Shown here: in pieces, positions 41,448-55,513 of the stretch
How the letters are laid out: every line of letters begins with the position of its first letter
Position numbering within the stretch: position 1 is the first letter of the stretch
The notes under the pieces: generated by a model
What the model saw: only the letters and a program-made list of their open reading frames with translations
Database searches by the model: none
What the model was told of the DNA's origin: nothing
Made by a program: the position numbers and the translations under genes
Source: Trichoplax sp. H2
Lineage: Eukaryota
NCBI GenBank assembly: GCA_003344405.1
Contig: NOWV01000184.1
Location: forward strand, 62,001-126,000
Direction: 5' to 3'
Length of the DNA stretch: 64,000 bases

Positions 41448-44400
41448 TAGACCATGATAGAAATTACAATCGAGATTTATTTATTCTTCAAAAATACAGA
41501 TGATAACCAATAGCTAGCTTAGGATAAGAAAACTTCTTAAATTAGAGCAAATATTTTAACGTTACTGTTCATTTCTCGATTATAAACTAGTATAGAACTA
41601 AATGATCGATGACCGAAGCCAACTACTCAGTGTATAGCAATGACTTAGCGAAGATAGTAAATTTAAAAATAGTCTGATAGCAACCTTATGGAAGGATTGC
41701 ATTTACCTACATTATCTCAGTTTTCATCTTCCATATGATCAAAGAGTATACCTACTAGGACACTGTGATGTATTCCAATACGTAAGATATTTAAATTGTG
41801 ACATGTGTATACTGAGATTTTACTAAAAGAGCTAAATTTTCAGCTGTAACATCACATTAGTTCCCTAAAACGAATTTCTTCAATGTGAAGAGATTGCACC
41901 TTTCCGCTGCGGCTGTGTTGTTGTATATTTCAGTACCAGGAATATAACAGCAGGATATTTGCACATTCATAACTATTTTAGTATGGATAAATAATATTAC
42001 ACTCTTACAAAAGTAAAAATGCCACGCCTTTATTTATGTCGGATTAAATTTTATGAAATAGGTGTCATAAGCCCTGTTTTGCGTTGCCGTTACATTGAGT
42101 AAAATATTTAAGAGGTGATTATAATACCTCAGCAAGTAACAGTATTGGTAATCTGCATTTAAAATCAAGTAATGGATTTGCATTAAATTACCGAAGTAAT
42201 AGAAAATCATTAATAGACACGAAGGCCAAAAGCTAATAGTAGTGATCGAATTACAGTATGTCTACCTCATGAAATTATAATTATATACTCGTACAGCGAA
42301 CAGTTGTAAGTTTTTGGCGAGCTCGATAAACATTACTCGTAGCCGGTATTCAACGCAAAACCCCATAGCTGATTATTTAATTCGGCGGTATATCTGAAAT
42401 TGAAATTTTCAAGTAATATAAGTCATTAATGAAGCCGGTTGCTATTCTGTCAAGAGAGCTGAGCAACTGCAATGTGAATAGGTAATCATTCCATTTGGAT
42501 CCGCAACTGCAATTCTGAACCTTCGGAGAGCATCAATAGGCGTGTATAACATACAATAGACCCTTTCTTGGCAGAACTTTATGAAATATTGCAATTGGCT
42601 ATGGCTTAAATTCCCGTATAGTTGTAATCTACTAAATTTATTAGCACGATTATTGGTATGAGTAACTACAATGCATGAGATATCATCGACATTGTTAATA
42701 CTACCCTAACTCTAGAATATTAAAGCTACAATAGCGAGCATGTCAAGTTCAACGTTACGTCTTACTCTGTATTTGAATTTTCTGATTGAAAACAGTTACT
42801 AACTTAAATGTATCTATAATCTAAATTAGATGCTACTGTATAGATAAATAATATTAGCAATTTATTATGTTATGAACTCAATCCTTTATTGATATAGAAG
42901 GTGGCAACAACTTAATTAACTTCTTGTAAGGGAATGATGACATCATCTAATTACATATTTGTCATATCAATAAGTGAGAATTATAATGCGTAATGTGATT
43001 GATTTGTAACATTACAATCATAGTGCCTTTCATTGCAAAACTTATTCTATGATATGGATAGAATTATTTTCCATAACATATTAATAATCTCAGAAATGAA
43101 TGTCAAGAACAGTAATAAAACATGTGATTTTGACATTATTAAATTAGCTCATTTATACTGCACCAAACTCCAACACAATTTATTCGGCAGTGCATGCTAT
43201 TACTGATTACCTAAATTAATATTTCAAAGGTTGTCATCATTTAGCCCATTATGGGCTGTGAATATCGGATTTAAATATGACTCGTATAATTAATGTATTT
43301 TACTGATACATTAATTTACATATATTATTTATTATTAGTGATTATTTGCACTACACCTTGTTAAATTAGCCTACAGTTACCCTATTTGTCCATCTTCAGC
43401 TTTAACATATGTACCATGTGCATGTTCAACTGTGCAGTAGCAAATTAATGTTGTATTTATTATTCTTAATGTATTGCTTTAAATTCTGTTTCATTCGATA
43501 TCCTTCTAAATAATCTTAGGAGAAAGCATAAGAAGTTAGCAGCTAACGATTTTGATATTTTAATTTGACAAAATTTTCGTTAATCTTTTGTATTTAATAT
43601 CTGAAGAATAGGGATGTAGTTTGTTTTTGCCCATATACTACTCCCTTGTATAGGATGTGCCGTAGTTGAGTATGCCGAAAAAGAAGTATAAGTGAGAGAT
43701 CATTCGTTTATAACAGTTTAATTCCATCTGTTTATGGATTATATATAATTACGCCGAACGTTGTATTTATTTCAAGATTTCCGTATTGGGACTTAAGAGG
43801 GCGCCAGTAGGGTTTAATAACACTGATGTAATTATGTCCACCCCAGTTTTGCAAGTGAAAATTTCAGTGTATTGACAATAAAATTTCAAGCCAATAATTC
43901 CAAATCGACCTCTAGATCAATTTACCATGCTCTATAGTGTAAGTATTAAAAGGCGATAATTAATATGAAGCGTAGGCAGGAGTGTACAATACGATAGCTT
44001 AATAGAGTAATTAAAATAATTGCCAAGCACATCTAATTGGTTAGAGGCAATATCATAAAGCGAATAATAACATAACTGCTGTTTTGAAATCAAAATTAAG
44101 TCAATAATTTAAGAGACCTTAATATTAATAATATTATAATCCATATGTTACATTAAGTATAAAGTCAGTCTTTAATGATATACATTAAAAGAGATGATCT
44201 TGCTACATTCAGAGAAACACCTTTTTATTTGAGTAACCTTTGATTTAATTGCTTCTGATACAACGCTTTGTGGGATGAAACGATATGATGGATGAACAAT
44301 ACTTCAGATAATGATGCTTTTATTTTTGATAGAAAAATAAACATTGACTAATGGATTGAATAACATTGATGCTGGGTTAACCATAATAATCAATATACGT

Positions 44401-47400
44401 AGTAATGAACCGATGCTTAAACCTAACTTATACTGGCTTTGTGTTACTAACCCAGCATTTCATGTAAGGAATTATAGAAATAATTCAAAGCAAACATCTA
44501 ACATAAATGTGAAGAATAGAGATACAATGTTTTTGCTTGTATAAATGAGAAGCCACAAACTCGGAATACAAATTGATTTTATTGATGGAACTATTTAAAA
44601 ATACTGTTCAGTGGCGTTTTGAACCCTTCACATCCAAATTCCTATTGACATTGTACTGTACTAAGCAACGCTTTAATGAACGTTACAAATATTAATCATC
44701 TTTTCGCAAATTTAGACCGGTTTAATTCCTTAAAGTTAAGGCAAGATACAATAATTCCGATCGTATTATATTACCGTCAATTTAAATTTAATGAGTAGTA
44801 ATTCTATCGATTTATAATTGCAAAATGATGTTCTAATAAGAAGCTCTATATGTATGAAAAAATTTAAGACGGTGTTTCTTCTCTAATTGCTGCAGCCTAT
44901 TCCTCGACTAAAGAAGTTATGCATCTAATTGTTGATCTGTTAGTAACAATTAATAAATCTTATAAGACTGGATATATACACTTCTTGATTATATACTTAA
45001 TTACTGTTCATAGCCAAAATAAATGAGCATAAGCATATATGCTAGTGTACGTATTTTCAAGAAGCAGATCGCAGCTTTATCATTCTGCTGAAAAGGATCA
45101 ACACCTCTATTATTTAACTATCTATAAATTGTCAATTGAATGATTAAAATGATCGATAATCAAAGCTTTCAAGCAAAAATTTCACTTTATCATAAATTTT
45201 TTATATACCTCAGAGCGTAAGGTGGTAGAAATAGATAAGTAAAAATTAGTAACAAAACCATTTGATTAGCAATACTATGTTTGCATACTCCACTATTGCT
45301 TAGCATCTTCCAAGGCCTTAATTTGATGACATGTTTATCGTAAAATATACAGTATGAGCAATGATGTTTTACGTAATGAGACACAGAACAAAACACTTAT
45401 CAACTCTAGAATTTAGTAAATAGGAGGCAACGAAAGTGCTAATAAAATATTTTGATTATTAAAGTTACGAGGTTCTATAGTTCAAATGTGATTTTGCTAT
45501 CAACAGAATTCAACTATGGTGTCAGAAATGAAATATACTTCAGACCCTGCATTGAATAATTTGTTCTTTATATGTTGCCGCCTCTACATATATAGGTATA
45601 TTTTTAGCAGGTTAGTATATTATAGCACTAAATCCAAATGCCAAACCATGAGGAGTTATGACTGTAATAGTCCCATAAGCGTTGTAATTTAAGTCTGAAA
45701 TACTCGTTTTTCTCAGTGATAACTATCTGACATCAAAACTATTTTAACCTAAAAAGTATATTTTCTCAATCTAGTGCTAGCGGCATTTATATCATTTTTT
45801 TATCCACCCTAAATAAAGATATCGATGCACCGCGTGCTATTTTCTATCGATATAAAGGTGCCGAAAGCCAATACAGGCATTTCACTGCCGTGCATAGCTA
45901 CAGTATGTAACAACACCTACTTATATTTCATAAATTGAATGCTTACAGCTAACTTTCTAATGCACGAGTGAGACAGTATTATTTTCTTCACTTAGTGATT
46001 CTCAAAGTATCGCAAAATATTACACAACGCCTTTATCTTGTCTTCTATTGCCTCATCATTATAATTTATTATTATATCATACCAGAAAGTTTGGCCGATA
46101 CTACTAATCAAACGGTGTTGCTTACCATGTTTACGTTACTTAAAATTAGCTAATAATGATTGACTTTATACTTCATTATAATTCTAATATGGTCCATTAT
46201 CTTTTGATTAACTATTATTGAATATACAGTATAAGACGTTGATTAATTAACTTACTATCCCACACGACTGACTATGATTATTGTTATTCCTGATCGTGTG
46301 CATGCTGGCGACTGATTACAGTAAGTGTTTAACATTTGTGCGTAGTAGTAGAAACTTATCCTAGCAAAGCACCCTACCTACTGGTAAAGTTACCAAATTA
46401 CGGGCCCCTTTTTCTTATTACTTTACATCGCACATTTTACAAAGTAAATCGAACGGCGGCAACATAATCTACGGTTACAGTTGCTACTACTATCCTATCC
46501 AATACGTTACCTACTGGTAGCCAGAAATTAACTAGCAATAATTCGTTAAATTGCTATCGTACATGAACAATCTTTGAATGTTAGTATCGAATTAACCAAG
46601 CTATATGATTAATTTATTCGCCTTAAGATAGGATCAGTAGTAGATAGTGGATTAATCTTATGCCGTACTACTAATGCCAATTATTGCTAGTCTGCTATTT
46701 TTTTAATACTTAATATATTTCATATAATATTAGACGGAACTATGCTGTGCCATCGTAATAGTAAAGAGATGAAAGATTGATCAATTTAATATGCTGAACC
46801 CTTGATGGATTTACCTTTACTAATGATATTCGTAGACACGCTGCCCTCGTTTTAATAAAGCATTATTTTTAATTTCAGGAGCAATCGTACGATTATAGAT
46901 ATCATAATTTGGTTTTCTTAGTTATTTCTAAGGTAATCAAAATATTTAATGCTTTAAGGATTCTCAAACTTTCGAGGATATACACGGCAAAAGTTTTTAC
47001 TGGATAACGATATTTTAAATAATGATTTAATATCACCTTTCTATCATAGTCTAGAATATGGATCTGGTTATTGAAAAACTGATTCAAGAGCAGCGATAAA
47101 GTAGGCTAGACTGCAGCTTTGTCGGAATTATTCAAGGGATTCAATTAATGTAAAGGTAAGATCGTTATCATTATTAAAAACAATTTTCTATTGACGACAA
47201 AAAGGATGTACCATATATCAGCAGATTCAGATTTGCCACCTTTAAGATTCGAGGATTCTCAAAGCAAGCAGTGATTTGAATTCCCGTATTCTTGCTACTT
47301 AAGATAAAGGATAATTGCTAACAGTAACTCAAATCCTTCTTCTGAAAATACTAATTAAAAAGGGGCGGAGCTAATTAAGGATGGCAAACTGATGAGCAAC

Positions 47401-50400
47401 AAGATTAAATGATTAAGTGATCTCCTGCTTGATTGTGTTTTATTATCACGCCTTCACAATGTTAATCTAACCGATTAAATTAGTCAGGAAACAACTCTTA
47501 TTCAATTTGATATTCCCTGACCTAAAGAACTAATTCTGCTTAGATCTGATACCTACCTAAATCGTAGGGTTAAACAGGAATCAATTTGATGAGTTGATGC
47601 GAATTTTTCAACTTTGAATGACAGAATATCTCGCGTAGTGGAGTAAAGTAATCAAATTAACCGACAATTTTCCCAACTAGATATTACGAATATGGTATAA
47701 ACGGCATTTTTTACTTTGGCTAATGTAATAAAATATGTTTGGCATACATGAATGATAATTCAAAGTAGATCTGCAGCAATGTAAATGCTATTATAAAGAA
47801 ATATTGTGGCATAAATAACTGGTAACATGTCTGGTTGGAATACTGTCAGACAGAGTTCATAGTAATTGGTATAAAGATGGAAAGGGTTGCAAATATACGA
47901 TGTTGCAGACTGTCTGTGAAATGATAATTTCATCAGAGGATGATACGTTGAAAGCAAGTGTAAAAGATATCAATATATGCTAACTATTAGCAGATCAAGC
48001 AATATGCCAAGGCCGAAATAAATATTTCGCCTAGATAAACATTAAAATGTAACGAATTAGAACCCTCAAATTGGTAACATCTGCTTTGTTTCAAGACAAA
48101 TGTTCGTAAACTACATGGGTGATATTGACTCTCTGATTGAAATTAGTAAGGGATTACTTTTTACCTAACAATAAGATTAAGTTTTATGACTGATTATGAG
48201 AAACTCGAGAGACACTATGTATTACTTCAGCTTAGCCAAACTGAAAAGGTTTATTCGCTAATGCACAATATTATACTCTACAAAAAATGTATTATTTTTC
48301 AGCCGTATGCATCAGTATTATCCAAATAGAATCTGTTTTGTTAAACCAAATTAGTTTACGATCAATTTCGGATAGATCATTCTATAAGATATTTATTTAT
48401 ATTAATACAGTTACAAAAATGACTGTAATTTTTTTAAATTCAACATGAACATGTCTAAGCATACAGTATGCAATAATATTGACTAAATATTTTGCAGGAT
48501 TACATGTCTTTGATGATATAGGTTAACTTTTCCGTGTCATATATAATTACTCGACTTAAGAAATTTCCAGTCGGTATTAAATTAGCTATTGGCTTCTTTA
48601 AAGTACTGTAACGATCCATATTCCCATCTAGGTTCAAAATAGAGAAATTTAACCAGATAACTATTGTAAAAAATGTCTGAACTAGTAATTCAAGAATTTA
48701 AATTAAACGACTACAGTTATTCGATAAAATAAAGTTGTAAATTTTGGATTAGTTGCGGCAGATAATTCTACTTAATTTGCCATTTCTCACCGAAATAATT
48801 TTATAAAACTTCTTAATGTACATGAACATTCACAGAAATTACTTTAAATTTACCTTACGTAGAATGATTATATTAGCAACTTGCTGTGTAGAAATTTTTA
48901 GATAATTTAATATAAATTATTGCTAAAATTAAATTAATGGATTGTACGTTCGTTCGAAAAACGAATACCAAATCCATTACTTAGGTATGATTTGCTTTAC
49001 ATATAATGCTACTAACGCAATCGTGATCTTTCTATTGGCCAGATACTGATCTATAACACTATTAGTATTCTATTCATATAAACAAATCTGACGAGCATAA
49101 TAATGCTGTAGCTTTTGAGCTATAACAGTTTCTTTCTAGAGTATGGCATGCAGTATCGTAATTCTTAATTTAAAGGAGCAACTATAGTCTATTTTGATAC
49201 CTCTTTTACCCCTGCTATTCAAAGCAGAGGCATGATAAAATCTTCGAGTATAGGAAATCGAGTCGGCTACAATATTAAAGAATTTAGGCAATATTAGGTG
49301 ATCAAAAGTAACTATAATCTCGTGACTTTATGAAAACATATTAACAAATTATATATGGCGATTACAACAATTCTACTGATGAAAAATCCTAACATTAAGA
49401 TATTTTGCTTTCTATTAAACGTAAATAGTTGCCAATTTTATATTAATTTGATTTCAAAGAACTATTTCAAAGCCTATAACTTTTACAGCCTAATAATTGC
49501 AGATAATCCGCGCCCAATTAATAAGAGTTTAAGCGGTCATAATTTCAATTACCTCATTTATCATTATAATTACTATAAGCATATTAACTACGCAATAAAT
49601 TAAACGATATGAAATCTACAGACTATTCAGCTTACTACAATTAAGTTTAATCTTGATTATTTATTCCATGTTTTCATCAATCTTATTTATATCAGAAAAG
49701 AATGATGGAAAATATTAGCTTTATGTAAAATTTGCTTGAAATTTAATCGATAAAAGATGGAATGAAAATATCGTTCATATGCGATTAATATTTGATTAAA
49801 TGATATAAAATAGAAATTGAACAATAATTATTTGGTTAAGGTATGCGTCAATGCATGATACGGATAAAATAAATTCTAAAGATATGTATAAAAACTAAGA
49901 AACGACTTTCTGGTAATTATATGAATATGTAGATGCACAACATGATCACTGTTATGACTATCGATAGCCAATTAGAATAGAATGTGTACTATTTAATGAC
50001 AATCATACATCCAAAGGTTAAAATAGCAATTTATGAATAGAATGTGGTAAAAAGAGTGAAAAGATTTTAAAGACTCGGGGTTATACCTCGTGTAATTTAT
50101 TTTACATCAAGGTGCAAGGTGTAGAGTGCACGTAAATGACAAGAAGGTAGACGTAGATTTAATTCCCTTGATTGACATCTAAATCAAAGTCATCATTTTA
50201 AGATTTGCTTTTAAAATTTGCTCTAATCAAATACGATTAAATAAATTGTTTCAGCAATTAGCATTCCTTGATAATTTGTTATAAAATATAATATTTTACC
50301 GTATCTCATCTGATTCTCCAATTATCATCTATTTCTTCTTTTTTTAATTAATTATTCCAATGAGATAATCTAACTTTTGCATCGTTTCATAGATGCTATC

Positions 50401-53400
50401 GAATGAATCATCACTATGAGATTGATTAAATTAAAAACTCTGTCAATAAAATAGCTATAATGCAACACATGTTGTGGCATTCCATTAATGGATAATATTA
50501 ACTTAGCAAAAGAAACTTGACCATAATACCTTACAAGGGTACTAATCATTTAAGTAAATAGAAATTTTCATCTTATTAGATATTATAAAAACTACAACAT
50601 TCAGGCTGATTAAAAAATCATTCCTCTTATCTATGTATAGTCTTTTAATATACTTCATAGATAAGCTATAACAGGAAGTAAAGCCTTCTCAATTAACCTT
50701 TCCTACTTCTATCATTGTCCAATCATGCCATTTTTCGCAGATCACACTATTTTATTATTGGATGATGTTTCAATCATAAAATGTCATCTAAAACTCTGCT
50801 CCATTATTTCTATTTTATGTGTACAAAGGTGAATCATCACCATTGAGTAGCAGAATACAGGATATGATTTCTATTTACATGTTATGTTACTTTTCATATC
50901 TACGTTTATCCCTGAATGGTTAGATAGTAACTGAAAGAGCGTGGGTGGAAATATTTAATGATGTGTCAATAAATTTCATCAATGCACCAGTATATAAAAG
51001 GCCATATAAACTCCATGTAAGCCAGCTAAGTTTAATATCCGTTTATATTAACTGCAAGGACAACTGGTTACTGATTTTGATAGTGCCGCTAATTTTTGGA
51101 CTATCAAGAATAATCGATTATCGGCTTGATCAATACTAGATTCTGTCAAATAGATCGACAATTGAATGATTCAAGTATTCTTATTTATTGAGCATCTTGG
51201 TTAGACATTTTCCTTCTTTCTATCTCCATCATCCATTTCTAGTTTCAATTAGCCATAAAGAGTCTTTTTTATTTGTAAAAAAGTAAGGCAGCAGCTACAA
51301 GGTAAGGACATGATAGATCATTTAACCTTGAAAAGTAACCCAGATGTGCACGATCAAAGGGAGCTATAAAATTATATTTATAATCTTTTAACTTTATTCT
51401 CTATAATATTATCTAAAAACGGATGTATAAAATATCATAATGGATTACTTTTAACTTTCAGTGCATTGATATAATATTTTTACCTTTATATTTACAATAG
51501 TACAGTTAAAACTTCGGTAATTATAATCATGAAGCATATTTGAATCGGTTTTTGATATACTATTTCTAAAATCGATCACTTGGTCACAATTCAGATTTAA
51601 AATAAAGAGCAAATGTAGCAGATACAGCAATAAACATAGTTATGACTTGATAAATAGAGCTAAATCAAAACAATAACATCATAATTGATCCTATAGCAAA
51701 TACCAAAAAGTTTTTTGCATAACTACTATAGAAGATTTGTTGTTTTAAGTTTCAAAAAGGATTACTATACGAACGTTTCGAAGAGTACCAAGAGCGAATA
51801 AATAATTTTCCAATATCACGTTTAAAATGTAGTAACGCAATACAGTATCATAAACCGATCTCGCTATACAAGTTAGTGCGACTGTTCTATAATAAGAAGA
51901 AAGTTTAAATAGAATTCCATATCTTTCGATATAAAAACCAAACACTCAGTATTTATAATAGGTTATCATTTGTTATGAAAATATGGTAGAATTGATAAAT
52001 TGAATAGCCAGTATGATTATAGCAAAAGCTTTAGCACAGTCTACATGCTATAATTAATCCCAAAACTAGATTATTATGATTCATGTATAGCCTTTAACTA
52101 AGAAAATGACACCTACTACTGTTGCAAGATTACGTTATTCGTACAAGTAAGAACATTGCGATTCAGTTCGGAAGCCTGAAGTTTATTGATAACCACTATA
52201 TAAAATATATCACGTTTCGCTGATGAGATTTCGTTCTTTTCTGAAATGAAACAGTAAACATTATTGTATAATTAATTCATGATTCTAAACCCATAAACCA
52301 AAGAACTTTTAATTCACTAGATTATCTCTTTAAATCGATAGATAATTTCCTGTTCGTGTTTCCTATTTCTAGATATTTAACGTTAGTGATATCCAAGATT
52401 ATACAATCACAATCCACTCCACATAACTGCTATTAGTTACGGTTAATTGATGTTTTTGCCACTAATAGATCATCGATTGATGGTAAAGTTTGATATTTCG
52501 TCTAGCTGAGTGATAACATGAAACTGCTAAGCCATCATAGCCATGTAAATCTATAGCTAGACACGTATAAAGATTCTAAATCGATTGGTTATACTTATGA
52601 TATTAGCAATAGTCACATTTAGTTTATAATTCCAAGTCAATGGATCAATAGAATTGGACATGAAATCCTATGTTATTGATGAAGGCCTAATCAGCTTATA
52701 TTTTAGATCTATTACATTTCGTAGCTCATTTTAGAAATTTTAGTGAATAACTTAGTCAAATTAGTTTGTAATCAATAAAAATAAGACAAGAAATGAGTCA
52801 TCTAGAGTTAACAGTCAACAACTACTGTAATACAGTGTTTAATTTCTTTATCCAGCTGCTATTTGGTCAGTAAGAGACGACTACTTCCATAGTTGCATTG
52901 TTTTAAACCCGCTTAAAATGTAATTTTCGCTTTTTCCTGCCCCATTACATACAAGTTGTGTTATGCAGAATTATTTTATCTCATCTTTAAAGAGCTTCAT
53001 AATCAATTTGAATTAAAAAACATCGGGTTCTTATGCACATTTCTAAAATATAACAACGAACACATGAAACAGTAACGAAATAAGAGTTTATAAATCAAAA
53101 ACAAATATTGCTAAAGAATTATCAAGTAATTTTCACTTTCATAAAGTGTGACAACCTTTTAACATCAGTAAAAGGATTCAATCATAGCTTATTATAGATC
53201 TTACTATCCATCTTCAATCAAATAATTACTTTATAAACCATTAATCGCTATCATAATCATTTCTAAAATAATAATTAATGCAGAAAAGCCATCAAATAAC
53301 GGATTAATTCTCTCAATTGCAGAAAAATCTACGTTCTCAAGCTCTAATAAAATGATTTTACAGCAATATTACAATTTTTAAGATCAAGATTGACTATCTT

Positions 53401-55513
53401 GCAGGCGTAATTTCCATTGAAAACAATAATAATGCTACTCTTATGCCATATCTTGTTTCAATTTTTATGACTTTTTAAATAACAAATAGATGAGCTTGAT
53501 ACTTTTAATTAGAAGTAGTATACCTTGCCTTACCCACATACTGAAATCAATTTCTAGCTAATACAGTAAATACTACCGGCACTAAATAAAGATGCAAGTT
53601 AAAATTCATCTAGAAATTGGAAATTGAGTTTAATCTAAATACAGTATTAACGAACTTCTGATAATTTTACGGAAATTTATTGATAAACTTTTATGTTAAT
53701 CGAGTTTATAACTGAATTTAAAGGTATAGTGCCCATTTAACCATTTGATGAGTCATAATGTATTTCTTTATTAGCAAACTGAAAACTAAACCTGAAATAA
53801 AGCGGATATTGATAAATTCACGCTTTTATTCTTTACTTCACAGCGGCACTTACTATCCGACCAAAGCAATCAATCTCATCTATTACTTTAGAGAAATTAA
53901 TTTTTTTATCTTTCTAAGAATTTAAAATTCTGTACCGAAATATTTTGATGCAAATATTTTGTCAAAATATACGTAACTTAGGGCAGCTTCTATACTTGAT
54001 CATGACTAACAAATCTTAACAATTGAAAGATCTTCTTTCTCTCATTTACCTAGTAGTCACTGATATAATATGATTATTAACTTATTGTTGAGTTCGTCTA
54101 TTCTACACAGACTTGTACGTTATTGAAATCTCTTATTATCTTAACGATATGTACAAATCTCCTTGTTCTGAATTTATTACTTTTCTTATTACTATTGTTT
54201 TGAAAATGAAAAAACACGAAAAAATTATTACTTAAGCAATACCTTTAAGTTGATCTATTTTCTTAATTTTAATAGTTGTCCATCAGGATAAAATTTTTCT
54301 ACATTGATATCATGTCAACAGCTGTTAGAAAATAGTTCGTATTATTTCGGCATCTCTTTATATCATTTATGTTGATTTCAATCCTAAAGGACGATCAAAT
54401 AATTAATATTGTTACAAATTTATGTTCTATAAATATTCTTGTTGTCAATCTTTGAGCCGCCCCCTCTTCCTCTCAAAATTAAATTTTTCTTAGCTTTATT
54501 ATTCATGTATATCTTCATGTTTGATCTTAAGTAAGGCGTCTAGAAGGCTGCATGATAATAGTCGATATTTCATGCGGAGCATTTATTGTAATAACTGTTG
54601 CATAATCAACTATAGACATAAAAGAATGATAGACGATTTTAAAACATTAGTGATAATTCAGTTACGTACGAATGTCTAGCAAGGCGCCATCAACAATGTT
54701 TATCAACATAGTATTGTGTGAATAATACATTTTTTATTTCGTTGCAGTTATTTGCCTGGCTAAAATATTATTTTTCATGTTAAATTAAATTATATATTGT
54801 TTATATTTCCGCCATGACTAAATGATTGATGTCATGCTAAATATCCCTTCTTATCAAGTACTGTCAATGACAACATCCTTAAAAGGTCATGATCAGAATA
54901 TATGTAGATACAATCTGCAATAGCAATTAATATTTAGTATCTGCTTTGTCTACTTGCTCAATCGTTTGATTTTTCCATTCTTCAGATTTTTAAATTTTAT
55001 CCCTTTACGATTGAATTCTATTTATGCCTATTTAACAAAATCATTTTAGCATTTTAGATCCTCGTAGTTCCTACTTTCAATTTTAGTTAATTCCATTTTA
55101 GTAATACATGTTTCTAATTTAGGATTTGGAACATTTTATATCACCACATCCATATTATATAAAAGGTTAATCTATAAAAAAACTTGCACATATATTCTTA
55201 TATTGGTAATGTAGGAATATAATTTACTAGAAACAGACTTTTTCTTATTAAGATTGACATGATACATTTCAAGACAAAAATAACGCTCAAGATTCTACTT
55301 TAATAAACGCAAAGATTTGGTAGTAGCCATTCCATTTTCTAGCTGATTTAGACAGTATAAAGAACAGATATTTTAATTACCACAATTGGAACCTAATCTG
55401 TTGAAAAAATATTCTAATTTACTAATATTATCGATTGTGATTTCTTTTTCCAATATTAAAGATTTTCCAACTTCGACAGCCTCACCTTAGTAGACAACTT
55501 CTCTTAAGCCATT

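Noticed and set aside
44344-51945. Short 60-82 aa track ORFs in the gene desert
   Set aside because: Ile/Leu/Tyr/Asn-rich composition expected from random AT-rich DNA; no motifs or exon chains.
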